From assembly GCF_009914755.1 (NCBI RefSeq), contig NC_060937.1: a stretch of DNA of 64,000 nucleotides, one strand, 5' to 3'. Made by a program: the position numbers and the translations under genes. Within the stretch, counting starts at the first letter, position 1. The number at the start of each line of letters is the position of its first letter. Below the pieces are notes generated by a model, which was given only the letters and a program-made list of their open reading frames with translations, ran no database searches and was not told where the DNA came from. Shown here piece after piece: positions 1-15,487 of this stretch. Origin of the DNA: the human T2T-CHM13v2.0 reference genome, Homo sapiens.

Positions 1-190
1 CTGCCTCAGCCTCCCGAGTAGCTAGGATTACAGGCACGGGCCACCATGCTCGGCAAATTTTTGTATTTTTAGTAGAGACAGGGTTTCACCATGTTGGCCA
101 GGCTGGTCGCGAACTCCTGACCTCAGGTGATCTGCCTGCCTTGGCTTCCCAAAGTGCTGGGATTACAGGTGTGAGCCACCACGCCCGGCC
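1..190 (-). mobile_element. Alu (truncated by the window edge)
   Basis: reverse Alu consensus ending cgcccggcc. Confidence 0.95.
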
Positions 191-242
191 AACATTTAAT
201 TTTTAAAATAAACTACCATATACTTCACCAGTAAAGTGATCT

Positions 243-500
243 GAGTTAGAATGCTTTTGCTGTAAGTAGAAGAAAGCTCAAGTCAAACAGACTTTTACAA
301 AGAGGATACTTACTTTTTCACTTGATCAGAGAAAACACCTGCTTTCCAAGTTGGTTGATTGAGTGGCTTGATAATGTCATCAGGGGCCCAGGTTCTTCCT
401 CTCTGGCCTCCTGTCCCCAACATCAGCTGGTCCCATTGTGGTCATAGGGTGGCCGCAGGCAGCAACTGAAGCATCAGGCTTTCTTGTTCATACCCAGTGA
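243..500. mobile_element. Old MLT1-like MaLR LTR fragment
   Basis: resembles MLT1 motifs (atgtcatcagggg-ccaggttc, gtggtcatagggtggccgcag); strongly diverged. Confidence 0.4.
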
Positions 501-959
501 AAGACAAAGGTCATCCATACACATGGAATAAGCCCCCTTCTGAAAGTTTCATTAGGTTGCACCCCTCTTTCTGCACCAACTGCTGGGGGTGGCCATAACT
601 AATCAGGGGTCAGCTCCTCATGGGTCATAAGGGGGCTATTCAAGGAGGAAGAAATGCTGAGAAGTCATTCCACTGGGCTTATTGCAGCGACATCCTCTCA
701 AGGACCCTTCACATCTTAGCAAGCAGGACAGCAAGTGTGAGCACCTCACATTCTGACTACAACCACAGGGTTAATAACCGGGGACAAATGTATAGTTAGT
801 CTTTGCAAGGCATCAGCATCAGCAGCATCCTGTGGTAGGTGTGTTACATACATTGCTCTAGGTAAACTCCCAGCTATAGGTAAAATGATGCCCATTTTAA
901 TCGAAGAAATGGAAAGTGCAGGGTGAAAGGCAACAGTCCAGATGGAATTCTGCAAATTA

Positions 960-1354
<395 letters not shown>

Positions 1355-2010
1355 TCAATGTCTATGCTATTACTAATTAATACTTGGCAAGACTGGCTGC
1401 TGACATCATTAGTGCTGACAATGCCACATCCCTAGGATTTTGGGTGTGATGAGATGGGTGAACTGATTAGAAAGTAGCAGACAGACCTCAACTGGAATAT
1501 TTTTTTGCTCTTCACTAATTGGATTTGAGTGGGGAGACACAGAGTTAAAGAAATCTCTGTGAAATTCTAGTAGCCATCCAGTTATGAAGAGACCCAGGCT
1601 GAGAAATGAGGGCAGTTGATTGGAGGCATAATATTTGGGGGAAAGCAGGTACCTGAGGGTTTCTGCGGACCTTGGGATGCAGACTTCCCTACTGGGAAGG
1701 CTTTGGGATGGGTTGGAAGTGGAGGATAAAGGAGAGAAGAGAGGAAAGTCACCTGAGGTAATAGTTACCCTCTCACAGCATTTATGGAACTCTTGGACTA
1801 TGTGGGCAGATACATGGCACACACCCAGGGTGGGGACAGGCCAGTGCTGTGGTATTTTCAGTAAGCTGGGCAAGTACCTTGAGGGTGAGCAGCAGGGGCC
1901 CTCAGCAAGCAGGCTCCTCCCTAGGATTCAGACTACCAATCTGACAGAGCCACATGGACATCCAATAGCATTTCAGAGTAAAGTGGCCAAAAAAGTACAG
2001 TTCCATCTCC

Positions 2011-2013
<3 letters not shown>

Positions 2014-2044
<31 letters not shown>
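2014..2044. repeat. (CA)n microsatellite
   Basis: direct reading. Confidence 0.95.
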
Positions 2045-2045
<1 letters not shown>

Positions 2046-2074
2046 TCTCCATCTAAATCTGCTCATAAAAACAG

Positions 2075-2945
2075 CACTATCATTATCCATTTGCCCAAGC
2101 CAGAAGTCTAAGGACTCTCTTTTCCTCGTCAACCTCCCAGCCCAACACCAAGCCCATGGGCACGAACTCCTAGGTGCATCTTGCATTCATCCACCCACTT
2201 CTCTCAGCGTCAGTAATCCACCATAGCGGAGTCACCCATCTTGTTCTCTAAAGCGAGTACTGACACTCGCCCGACTGTCTCTCCTGCCATCCCTACCCCA
2301 GCCCGTAGTTCTCCACCCAGCAGCAGCCCAGCAGCCTGAGTGATCTTTCAATAATGTTAATCAGTTTATGTTCCCCGTGCAGAAAGATAAAACCCAACTC
2401 CTTACTCTGGCATGTAAGTCCTACGTGATCCAGCCCTTACTTACCCCTTTGATCATCCTGAGACTTCCCTGTGCCCACTTCGCTGCTCCAACAGCACTGG
2501 CCATCTGTCTTGTCCTCGCTGTAGCTTGCCAATGGGGAAGCTCATTCTTGCGGCCAAGACCCAAGGCCCTCTGCTTAGAATGTCTTTCCTCCTCCTTTTT
2601 GCATCTGGGAGCTCTTACTATTATTCAGATCTCAGCTTCCATATCACCTCCTTAGAGGTGACCCATTTTACTAACTGCCCAGTCTGAAGTAGGGACCCAG
2701 TGACACTGTCACTTCACCCTATTTTAATTCGATATAATGTGTATATAACTTTGTGAGACGTTTTAAACTTTGCTTTATTTGATCATTGTACCTTGTCTCC
2801 AATAGAATGTAAGCTTCACGTGGACAGGCATCTTTTCTGCTTTGTCCACTACTGTTTTCCCTTATCCTAAAACCATGCCTGCCACATCATAGCTACTGCA
2901 TGCTAAATAAATACTATATACTCATGTATTTTTAAATGAATAAAT
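2075..2945 (+). mobile_element. L2 LINE 3' region
   Basis: gataaaacccaactccttactctggc, tagaatgtaagcttc...ggacagg and taaatgaataaa L2-type motifs. Confidence 0.65.
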
Positions 2946-3139
2946 GTTTATTAGCCATTTGTATTTTTTCTTCTGTAATTTGCCAGTTACCATTTTTCTG
3001 CAGGTTATCAGAATCTTAAAACTTTATCTAGTATGCTACAAACATTCTTCTTTCAATCTTTTCCTTGTCTTTTAAATATTTTGAATGCCCTCACTATAAA
3101 ATGGAAGTTTAAAATTTTTGTATAGTAGGTTCTGTCAGT

Positions 3140-3467
<328 letters not shown>

Positions 3468-4195
3468 TAGACAGCCTTCCTTGCCTCCATACTACGCTTT
3501 TTTTCTTTCTCCTATATTTCCTAATCTTTAAGAGTTTTTTGTTTAACATTGTTATCTGGTTCGAGCTTTAATCCATGTACAACTTATTCAGGAGTATATT
3601 GTGAGGTAGGGATCTAACTTTATTTTTTTCCTATATACATAGCCAGTTACCCTCCTCCCAAATTAAATGATCGTTCTTGTATGCTCTGATTTGAATTTCC
3701 ACCGTTATCATAACCTTATTTCTTGCCTATATTTGAATTTCCTTTAACTGTTTCTATGCTTGCTTGTGCCGACCCTGGGCTATGGTGTGAGTGACCTCCT
3801 GTTCTGCAAGGCAATTTCACTGTGCCCCCACGTCATTCAGCCAGAGTATCATGCTGATCAGCCTTGGTCCTGGCTGGATTCCCCTAAACCAGTTAGGCTG
3901 CTGTGGCCACACACTGCCTAGCCATCATGACACCACTGTCACATATAAAATACCAGATAGATAAATACAAGCCAGGGATCAAATAAATTGAACCAAGAAA
4001 AAACTGTTAATAGAGTTGTAGAATTTTTAAAAATTTTTGGCCCTACTACCTAGATTCCCTTACTTTATCTCACATTATCCTCAATGGCAACTCTGTAAGA
4101 CAGATATTATCACCCACAGCAGGTTCTGAGTCCGAAAGAGAAATCACACCACTCTCCGTGGCACAGCCAGCGACCAATCTCGCCTGTCTCAAAGG

Positions 4196-4207
4196 GCCCC
4201 CTAGTGG
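4196..4207 (-). promoter_or_regulatory. Candidate CTCF site (CCACTAGGGGGC)
   Basis: matches the CTCF core consensus CCASYAGRKGGC; motif only, no binding data. Confidence 0.4.
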
Positions 4208-4553
4208 GGCCCCTTGCCTGGAGCTGGACAAGTTTGCCCACTCTGCTTTTTAGAAAATTCTTTTTAAAAGACAGAGACTGTTTTTTTGAAACAAAAAGCA
4301 TTTTTCTGCTTTTAATCAGATCATTACAAAACTGTCTGTCCAAGCATTCCGGTTAGCTGAGGTTTCGCTGAAATTCCCAAATGAGCAGCCAAATATAAGT
4401 ACTGTACCCTAATGTTTGTAACGGGATGGAATCTTGCTGATGATGCCCAGGATAAAATGCAGGGCTTCTGGAACTTAAATAACATTTAATGATATCTTTG
4501 AATTTTAACAAATAACAACAAACAGGTACTTAGTAAAATCTATTCTTCTGTAG

Positions 4554-4687
4554 AAATGCAAATTTTGTCATAAAAGAGGAGCCACCGTGGGATGTGATTT
4601 AAAAAACTGTAACAAGAATTACCACTTTTTCTGTGCCAAGAAGGACGACGCAGTTCCACAGTCTGATGGAGTTCGAGGAATTTATAA
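4554..4687 (+). CDS. PHF11: PHF11 coding exon (extended PHD finger, KCKFCHKRGATVGCDLKNCNKNYHFFCAKKDDAVPQSDGVRGIYK)
   Basis: tag| acceptor at 4551-53 and |gtattt donor at 4688; 134 nt; Cys/His PHD pattern matches recalled PHF11; upstream exons lie outside the window. Confidence 0.95.
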
Positions 4688-5064
4688 GTATTTAATAAAA
4701 CATTTTTAAAACCACATTTGGGGGATTGGGATAAGGAATGGTTGGATTAAGACAAGGAGACTTTGAAGACTAATTTTATGTAAATGGTTTTCAAATGAGA
4801 ACAAAGCCAGTTTGGGGGATGCACAGGGGTTATGTGAATTTTGAATTTCAGTGAAAAATCTATATATATATATATTATTTTAGCCACAATATCTTGAATA
4901 ATGAGATCAATGTTAGGACAGCATGTTTTTTTAAATATGATTTTTGTGAGCTATGTTACATTCGTAAGATGATTTTTAAAAATTCCATTCAGAGGCTGAT
5001 GTTTTTCCTGCCAGTGGGCATATATTCCTAATTTTCCCATAGTGTTCCAGGCACTATTTTATTT

Positions 5065-5285
5065 ATTTATTTAATAACCACTTGCTTTATGCCAGGCATA
5101 GTTCTAAGTGCTTTACAAATGTTAACTCATTTAATCCTCATAATAGTCAACTGAGGTAGATACTATTATCTCCATTTTCCAGAGGAGGAAACTGGGGCCT
5201 TGAGACACTCAGTGACTTGTCCCCAGGTTACACAGCTGGTCAGTAGCAGAGCTGGGCTGCAGGACTTCCAAGTCCTCGCTCTTTG
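5065..5285 (-). mobile_element. MIR SINE (further MIRs at ~42280-42530, ~55470-55650, ~57260-57400)
   Basis: ctcatttaatcctca ... ccattttccagaggaggaaactgggg MIR core. Confidence 0.75.
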
Positions 5286-5368
5286 CCACCTTGTTGTCTT
5301 CAGGTATGGGGACTATATATTCTAAAACAAGAGGGCAAGCCTACCATTGAAAGAAGCTTGCTAAATAA

Positions 5369-5716
<348 letters not shown>

Positions 5717-6582
5717 CTAATCAGACATGAAATGTGTAAATATGTAAATTTCGTACTGCACTTCTTTTTATATTTGATTCACTAAGAAACTCACAGGTTG
5801 TTATAGTCTCAGAGTTTCATTTTTATTATTTACCTTACCAAAGAGCTCATTTTAGTATGACCTTTACAATGACCTTAAACACAAGATCAAATGAAAAGGA
5901 ATGTCCCTGCTATAGCTTAAAGTTTGAAAAAATATACTGATCACACCCATTAGAAGAACTAACAAATAGGGACTCAATAAAACAGTCTTCTTGCATTGTT
6001 TTATCAAGGAACAGGTGAATTTTTACGCATTTTTAAACTGAATTTAAACCTTCATGCCTATCATACATGAGGCACCTTGCTAGGTGCTACGAGATACAAA
6101 GAATAAAATATAGATTGAACCTCAGAGAAGTTATCACCTGGTGGGAAGGCCAGAAGAAGGGTCAATGCAAACAGAAGCACATGGGATAACGAGAGCAGGA
6201 GGGGTTACATGAAAGGAGCTTGGCCTTGAGTTGAGAATTGTTGACACTGTGGAATGGATGGGGACATGGGGGTTCATCCTGATATTTTCAACACTGTTTT
6301 ATATGTTTGAAAAAATTTAAGTACTTGGGAAGTGAAAGTGCTCAGAGATACCAGAATCAAAGTGGGATGAGATTAACTTTGTTTGGGTGTTGCTGGGAAG
6401 ACTGCATGGAGGAGGTGGGAACTGGTATAAGATGGGAAGAAACGGTATTCCCCTAGGCAAGGAGGCCACTGCTTCCTGAGAGTCAGCGCCATCTGAAGAG
6501 GAAGGGAGATGAAGCTGGGTGCCGAGGAGGAGGAAAGGTTAGAAAGTGGCCTGAGCAGCTCTATAAAACGATTCACTTCATT

Positions 6583-6884
6583 TCTTTTTTTTTGTTTTGT
6601 TTTAAGACAGAGTCTTGCTCTGTGGCCCAGGCTGGACTGCAATGGTGCGATCTCAGCTCACTGCAACTTCCAGCCTCCTGGGTTCAAGCGATTCTCCTGC
6701 CTCAGCCTCCTGAGTAGCTGGGACTACAGGCACGTGCCACCATGCCCAGCTAATTTTTGTATTTTTAGTAGAGACGGGGTTTCACCATGTTGGCCAGGAG
6801 GGTCTCCATCTCTTGACCTCGTGATCTGCCCGCCTCGGCCTCCCAAAATGCTGGGATTACAGGCATGAGCCACCGTGCCCGGCC
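6583..6884 (-). mobile_element. Alu (AluS)
   Basis: reverse Alu; TSD tcacttcatttctt. Confidence 0.93.
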
Positions 6885-7431
6885 TCACTTCATTTCTTCA
6901 TCATAGCCTGCTATGCTGCTGCTTTCTCTTGGAAGATACTAATCAGTTCTAGGCCCTTTGTAGGTCAAATCTAAGATCTGGGGCAAATACCTGTTTTCAT
7001 CGAAAATGACTTTTTCCTTAAATTAATGCTTGCAATTTTGTGCTATTTATTGTTGAAAACCAGCAGAATCTTGTACAGTCAGATGGAAATCTGCATGTCT
7101 TAGATTGTGGATCTTTAGGTATCTTTATACAGTAAAATCTCACTGACCACTGTATATGAACTAGTATTGTTCATAATACTTCATCAGTACTCATTCCTTG
7201 AAAGAACATAATCATCTTCCTAAGTCCCTGAGGGCATAAAAGACATCTAACTGAGTCTCCATCTGCACTCAGTGTGGGTCACTAATTTTACACAGGGCTT
7301 CAAAAAAAAAAACTTTAGTGTGACGCCGTCATGAAAAGTAGGTTGGTACGTTTTTAATCACAAAAATAGACATAATATTTGAAACCTGTAAATAAAAATA
7401 TTTTACAATTCTTTGAAATTAAATATTTCAG

Positions 7432-7478
7432 ACTGCTTTGCCAGCAACATGCTCAATTCCCGATCATCGCTCAAAGTG
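7432..7478 (+). CDS. PHF11: PHF11 coding exon (LLCQQHAQFPIIAQS)
   Basis: ttcag| ... |gtaagt; 47 nt; frame continues from the previous exon (phase 2 to phase 1). Confidence 0.93.
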
Positions 7479-8580
7479 GTAAGTTTCTAAAATTTAGCAC
7501 TGTGGGTTTTAAAGAAAGGTAAACATTTGTGTAACATAAGGAATAGTCTAATTTTCTAGCCTCGTTGAATTAAAATACAAATGTTTGAGTTAAAATTTTA
7601 CACATCTAGAAAATTGACAACTTCTTTGTGTACTATGTGATATGACTGACTAATTTTTTCTTCTTTATGAACAAGACCTATTCTCTTTGAACCATTCCCT
7701 GGTATCTTTCATTCTCCCTACGCTCACAGAACCAAACTAAGACATGGGAAAAAGCCTTGACTTTTGGGACTGCTTCTCTTCCATAAGAATTTTCAGTAGA
7801 TAAAATTTTAAAAGTGCTGCACCTTCCCTGAGTGAAAATTCCCTGAGGATGCATGGTTAGCATTTCAGTTCTAATTAAGGCAGACTGGATCCTGGCTAAC
7901 TGGAGTCATGGGGTATACTTTCATTCATGAGTGGAACAGCAGTGTCTTAGCAGCACTACATCTGCAATGTTCATTGTGAAGTGGAGTCAGGACCTCGTTG
8001 GAAGACTTCGTTCTGCGTCATGCCAACTGCATTTTATGGTGATAACATTCTCCAAATAGCACCTCTACAATCATTTTTCAGTCGTTACCCTTTTAACTCA
8101 GCAGGAAAGGCTATTACAGATACTTCTTTAAATCAGTGTTTATTGACAGGGAAAAGCACCAGCAATACACACTTAACCAAATCCTTGCAAATGTCATCTA
8201 TTAAATATCTTCATCCTTATTAGTCTGTTTTACTTTGAATATCTTCTGAGTGAAATTGAGTGCATTCCCATATCTTTTCACCAATTATATTTGTTTTCCT
8301 ATGACCCAATTTGTTCATTTTTCTATTCAATGAACCCTCTCCCCAGAGAGTTCCGCATGTGCCAATTTTTCTACTCAATTATTTACCTGTTTTGCATTAA
8401 ACTTATAATATCTTTTTTAAAAATTAACCCTTTATCATAAGTGCTGCAAACACTTAGTTGAAGTTTGCCATATCTTTTGACTTTGTAAAAACTTTTGGCA
8501 TATGAGTTGTATATTTCATGTAGTCAAAGAGTAATCTTTTCCTTTATGGATTCCAATTTTTAAATGGTTTATATTTTTAG

Positions 8581-8645
8581 CTAAATTTTCAGGAGTGAAA
8601 AGAAAAAGAGGAAGGAAGAAACCCCTCTCAGGCAATCATGTACAG
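8581..8645 (+). CDS. PHF11: PHF11 coding exon (AKFSGVKRKRGRKKPLSGNHVQ; basic NLS-like stretch)
   Basis: ttttag| ... CAG|gtaat; 65 nt; frame consistent. Confidence 0.93.
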
Positions 8646-9299
8646 GTAATTTGACTTAGTTTTTATAGCTTTGCATTTCTTCATACAGAGTCCTTATTTA
8701 AACCAGTCTGAATGTCAGGTGAAAGGTACTTTCCAAATCGTCCAAACAGAGAGCCTTTGAAGAACATTCTTCATTTGTGTTCTCAGCTAAGGCTGCTCCT
8801 GAGGTTGCCTTTTTAGGAAGAATCCCATAGTCGGGAAGCTCTTAGATAATTCCTAGATGATAGAATCATGATGAGATGAGCATGAAAATGAAGCTGGAAG
8901 TTCCAAGCACATAACCTTCAGGAGGTGACATTCTCCGAGCTCCTATAAATTCCCTGGCACCAAACTAGTGAGAGCATCTGACCCCACAGGTGCTTACAGT
9001 TAAAACGGGCAGAGGGTGCAGTCAAACATCCTTATGGAGCCAAGTATTTCCCAGCTGCATGACCCACACCTGACCAAATCTGTAGCTCTTATAAATTTCT
9101 GGATTATTATGTATAAAATGTATGAAAATATTTTGGGGATTTGAGTTTTTACACATCAGCACATATAAGCTAAATTCATATGCGCCAGCAACCTTCACCT
9201 CCTCCTGTTTATACAAGGGGTGCTTGTCAAACACCTCTTAATGTTTTATAATACAAAACAAAAATATATTTGATGTTTACATCTAAATATGAATATGGG

Positions 9300-9602
9300 T
9301 TTTTTTTTTTTTTTTTTTTTTGAGACAGAGTCTCTCTCTGTCACCCAGGATGGAGTGCAATGGTGTGATCTAAGCTCACTGCAACCTCTGCCTCCTGGAT
9401 TCAAGTGATTCTCCTGCCCCAGCCTCCTGAGTAGCTGGGATTACAGGCATGCACCACCACGCCTGGCTAATTTTTGTATTTTTAGTAGCAACAAGGTTTC
9501 ACCCTGTTGTCCAGGCTGGTCTCGAACTCCTGACCTTGTGATCTGCCCATCTTGCCCTCCCAAAGTGCTGAGATTACAGGCGTGAGACACCGCGCCCAGC
9601 CA
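9300..9602 (-). mobile_element. Alu (AluS)
   Basis: poly-T plus reverse Alu. Confidence 0.93.
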
Positions 9603-9713
9603 GGGCATGATTTTTACTGTAGGCATATCATTTAGTTATGCACAGCAAAAGACTGGTTTTCATTTTATGCAATATTAAAATCAATGTAATGCAATCTTGA
9701 TTTTCTCTCCTAG

Positions 9714-9780
9714 CCACCCGAAACAATGAAATGTAATACATTCATAAGACAAGTGAAAGAAGAGCATGGCAGACACACAG
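9714..9780 (+). CDS. PHF11: PHF11 coding exon (PPETMKCNTFIRQVKEEHGRHT)
   Basis: ttttctctcctag| ... |gtttg; 67 nt; frame consistent. Confidence 0.92.
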
Positions 9781-10213
9781 GTTTGCGCTAAGTGTTGTCT
9801 GTAACAAATATGGCCTACAATACTTATAAAAATGTCAACCCACCTGTTTCAAACTTGGTATCCCGCCTAAATCTTTATTCTTCTAGGCTTGTGGTAATTA
9901 ATGAGTATAAATCTTTATCGCAACTGTCCACTCTATTGTAATCCCAGCATATCAAGATAACTTAGGTTGGAATGGTCCATTGCATTCAGTATTAAGAAAA
10001 GATAGACTTCTATTAATAAAGACACAGACAGGCTTGCCTGAGCTCAGAATCCAGCAATGTGTCACCCCTCACACTGTGACCCCTGTAACTGTAGTTCTCT
10101 GTTCTTTAAAGAAATAGACATTCCACTAACAACACATACAAACTGTGACAAGAAGTGACAGGGGCTGTTATGTCAAAGACTTAAGGGTAATTTTTAAAAA
10201 TCCTCTTAATTCA

Positions 10214-10341
10214 ACTACATATCGGGTACAGTGTACACTGCTCAGGTGACAGGTGCACCAACATCTCAGAAATCACCACTGAAGAACTTATCCATGTAAC
10301 CTGAAACCACCTGTTCCCCAAAAGGTATTGAAATTTAAAAA
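10214..10341 (+). mobile_element. 5'-truncated L1PB-like 3' end
   Basis: aatcaccactgaagaacttatccatgtaac motif; TSD aaaaa(t/g)cctcttaattca at 10196-10213 and 10362-10379. Confidence 0.7.
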
Positions 10342-10623
10342 GTTACAGTTTTATATGTTTAAAAAAGCCTCTTAATTCATACAGTTATTGTAAGCAGAGA
10401 AATTTTCATTTTTACTTTTTGTAACATTTTATTCATTGTTTCAGCTGGCCAAAAAAAATGAGGTATGATGAAATTATAATTAATAAAAAGGGTGAAGGTG
10501 CTGTATTATTTTACTAAGTATGTGCATCCACCACTAGGCAAGGTCTGAAGAAATAAGCATAAAGTAATTTATGATTAGCTGCCCTAAGACTATTTCCTTC
10601 TCAAATGTTTGTCTTATTCTTAG

Positions 10624-10755
10624 ATGCAACTGTGAAAGTTCCTTTTCTTAAGAAATGCAAGGAAGCAGGACTTCTTAATTACTTACTTGAAGAAATATTA
10701 GACAAAGTTCATTCAATTCCAGAAAAACTCATGGATGAGACTACTTCAGAATCAG
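10624..10755 (+). CDS. PHF11: PHF11 coding exon (DATVKVPFLKKCKEAGLLNYLLEEILDKVHSIPEKLMDETTSES)
   Basis: cttag| ... CAG|gtact; 132 nt, phase 1-1; contained in ORF 10605..10787. Confidence 0.95.
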
Positions 10756-11011
10756 GTACTGATGAAGAGCAATATTTCGAAGTATAGAGACTTCTCCCAG
10801 ATCTAGATTTAAAACAAACCCAAGAAAAAAAAAAAGGCCCATTTTCTTCCTATACTACTTTTTTCTTCTATCAGCTTTTGGAAATGCTTACTATTTATTT
10901 CACTTTTTGGTTTTGCCCTATAGAAAATAATCCCATTCAAATAAACATTTTTTATATTGTTGCCTACAATATAAGCTGTCCAGCTTGTCATTCTTTACCT
11001 TTACCTCATTC

Positions 11012-11394
<383 letters not shown>

Positions 11395-11779
11395 TAATTT
11401 AGTCAAAAGTAACCTCATGCCCTGAGAGTTGTGGTACATTTTCCAGAGGTGTCTAACAGGTTGGCCACTAAGAGAATGTGCCATTCAGAGATTGATTCGG
11501 TCACATATGCTCCCCTGCCACCGCCCTGCATTCCTGTTGCTAAGATCTGAGAACAGTGTTATGTTACAGTTTTGATTTTGGAATCAAATTCTATTCCTTA
11601 ATAAGCCAAGTGTCCTTTTTTAAATAAGGTTAACTCAAACTTTAAAGTATAGAAGAAGGAATTTTAATGTTTTGACTGATGTTTGGTTTAAAGATGTACT
11701 TTGTTAAAGAAGTTTCTTTCTTAAGAGCTCTTTGGGAAGTCAAAGTTCCATTTGTATGTGCAGGTATATAGCTACTTAG

Positions 11780-12097
<318 letters not shown>

Positions 12098-12304
12098 TAA
12101 CTTATATCCCATGAGTTTAAAACCTTTATTATAAATATAGTTATTTTACAAGGACAAGCTGGACAGCTTATATTGTAGGCAACAATATAAAAAATGTTTA
12201 TTTGAATGGGATTATTTTCTATAGGGCAAAACCAAAAAGTGAAATAAATAGTAAGCATTTCCAAAAGCTCATTTATTATACTATTTTATTCATTTATTTC
12301 CTCT

Positions 12305-12790
<486 letters not shown>

Positions 12791-12916
12791 TAACATTAAA
12801 GTTCCATGGCACATGACTGCTCTCTTTCCTTTCCCCTGTTTTGGATTACATATATAAATGGAGGAGTTTCTGCCTATACAAACTGTTTAATATTGAAAAT
12901 GTTTCTCTCCCTCCAG

Positions 12917-12988
12917 ACTATGAAGAAATCGGGAGTGCACTTTTTGACTGTAGATTGTTCGAAGACACATTTGTAAATTTTCAAGCAG
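12917..12988 (+). CDS. PHF11: PHF11 coding exon (DYEEIGSALFDCRLFEDTFVNFQA)
   Basis: tttctctccctccag| ... CAG|gtatat; 72 nt, phase 1-1. Confidence 0.94.
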
Positions 12989-15041
12989 GTATATGAGTTA
13001 TATAACATCTGAGCAGCATAGTTGAGAAATATCATGATATTGAAACAATATACTATACAGGTGATAAAAATATTTTAGAAGAATGTTCATTGTTTTCTTA
13101 AATGAGAAAAGCCAATTACAAAAACAGTATGACCCCGCCCACCCCCCCACACACACAGGAAAAAAATATTGAGGTACATGTGCACAGACAAAAGCTGCAC
13201 CTGGTGGAGACAGTAGTTGGTTGTAGGTAGTTGGAATATAGTGATTTTTGTCTGTTCTTTTACTGCTATATTTTCCAGATTTTCTGTATACACACAAATA
13301 CTTTTATAATGAGAAAAACTCATTAAAAAAGTAGAGACAACAAAAAATTGATTCAAAAATTGGAGCATATTTTGGCCTGTGTGTGGCCCAGGCAGGAGCT
13401 GGTAAAGCTTCCTGCGGCTTCTCTGCTCTTGGGTGGCGAGGCTATGATAAACCATCCCTCTGCTTGCCTCCCTCTCGCTTGATGAGATAGGTCAAAATTT
13501 TAATTCTCCCACTATTAATCCTCAAATCTAATTTAATTTCTTATCAAGGAGGGTTACGACTGATTTAAAGTTCATCAGAAAAAAAACAAAAAACAAAAAC
13601 AAACAAAAAAAAATGAGCAAGTAAGAATAGCCAAGAAATGTTTGCAGTAGAAAATCTCGTTTGGTTTGGAGGAGGGAGATTTAACCTTCCTATTAAATAT
13701 CAACCATTTATTGAGTGAGTCCTCCTTTCAGCATTAAGATGCCCTCAAGACAGGCTACACCTCCACTTGTTTATGAGTCTGGTCTGACTTCTCTATCAAG
13801 GCTGCCACACACAGCTGGGCAGGCCGGGCACAGAGTCAAACAGCATTGGTGGATGGCTCCCCCTGAAGTTGCACAACAGAGTGAGTGCCCTCCACACTCT
13901 GCATTTCCACAGATGTATCTGTCTCTCCAGCATATGGTAGGAAGACAATAAGATTTCCCTGTGAAGAAATCATTAGTTCATATCCCTGTCTCAACATACA
14001 CAACCTTTCTCATTTTGGCTTCTATATTATACATTTCTATTTGTATTTTTTACTACATTTATAACCAGCAGGAAAAATACTTTGAAAAATCTACCAAAAA
14101 GAGTGTCTGTCTTAATAGTCTTTTGAGGATGTCTGCTAATATATAGCAGTATCCATATTTTTTTAAAGCAGCCTTAAAAATTTTTTTCTAAAAAGAGTTA
14201 TTTTGTAGGGGACTTCCATGTGTGTTTTTCTTTCATGTAAGGGAACATGTCACACATCACTACTTGGATGGATTAGGTGGGAGTACATATATTATAGTGT
14301 AGTATGGCGGGGGTGCCACTACTTAGAACTGCATGAGATTCAACTTAAAAGGCTTAAGTTGGGTTTCACTACCCTGGTTGATAAAAACTTGCTTAATTTA
14401 GCCTTACTCATATTTTAAGTTAACTATACGTATGCAGTTATTCTGAATAAAGGTTGTATATGTGTGTGTTTTAACTGTTCGATTTTGAGGCTTTTAAAAA
14501 TTACATTGCCATTGACTACTATTTGTTATTTATAAAGCCTAAGTATCTTCCTCCTAAGCTTTTCTAAGTTTCCACAATTAAAAGCCTTCCTATTTCTAAA
14601 TGAAACCAAAAGCTTTTATGTAACATTAAAAATTGGACACATTTTTAGGAAGGATTTGTCCTTAACCTTGGTATTCTAGCCACATTCTCCAATTATCATC
14701 TCTCAATAAATGGATATAGTATAGCATGAAGGTTATACAGTCACTGTTTTCAAGTTCTCAAAGATAAACAAAGGGACTTGTTCTGCTATAAATGTGCACA
14801 AAATCTTAAGGGTTTACTGAACAGCTTTGTGTATGATAAATGTTAGAATTCTGTCCTGAATTAGAAGGAGGAAGTGAAGGCATAAAGAAACCAGCTCCTG
14901 CCCATAAGGCTCTGGATCCTTTTCACCAGAGGCACGAGGATTGTGTATCTGTACCTGCAAGTGAAAGGGGCTAGAAATGGTACATTATTTCTAATAAAAC
15001 TACTGAATAAGCTGAAATAATTTTATTTCTTCTTTTCATAG

Positions 15042-15196
15042 CAATAGAGAAAAAAATTCATGCATCTCAACAAAGGTGGCAGCAGTTGAAGGAAGAGATT
15101 GAGCTACTTCAGGACTTAAAACAAACCTTGTGCTCTTTTCAAGAAAATAGAGATCTTATGTCAAGTTCTACATCAATATCATCCCTGTCTTATTAG
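15042..15196 (+). CDS. PHF11: PHF11 last coding exon (AIEKKIHASQQRWQQLKEEIELLQDLKQTLCSFQENRDLMSSSTSISSLSY*)
   Basis: tcttttcatag| acceptor; TAG at 15194-15196; coiled-coil-like C-terminus matches recalled PHF11. Confidence 0.95.
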
Positions 15197-15487
15197 GGAT
15201 TACCATTTCCTAAGCCAAGAGTCATGTCAAATTGCAATCAGGCTCAAAACCAGAGACCAGGCTGTGAAATCCACACATCTTTAGAACTAGTCGTCTCCTC
15301 TTGGCCTCAGCAGCTCTTCCCTGTTCTTACTGGTTGACATTTTGATCACTCTTTGCACACTCTTGTGTTTTTTGCTCACTGTCACACTCCCAGCACCTAG
15401 TATGCTCAGTAAATGTTTGTGGAATAAGTGCATAAAATGTTCTTAACCTTTGATTCTACTTACAGCCCATGATAGCCTCTTAGATAT

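Noticed and set aside
1409-2111. Two overlapping opposite-strand ORFs of 154 and 158 aa
   Set aside because: Both begin at non-ATG (TTG) codons, have no recognisable motifs, and one runs through a CA repeat; they are intronic in PHF11.
8868-8981. ATGATGA ... CTGA, a possible intronic C/D snoRNA
   Set aside because: No terminal stem and no recognisable guide complementarity; these motifs are common by chance.
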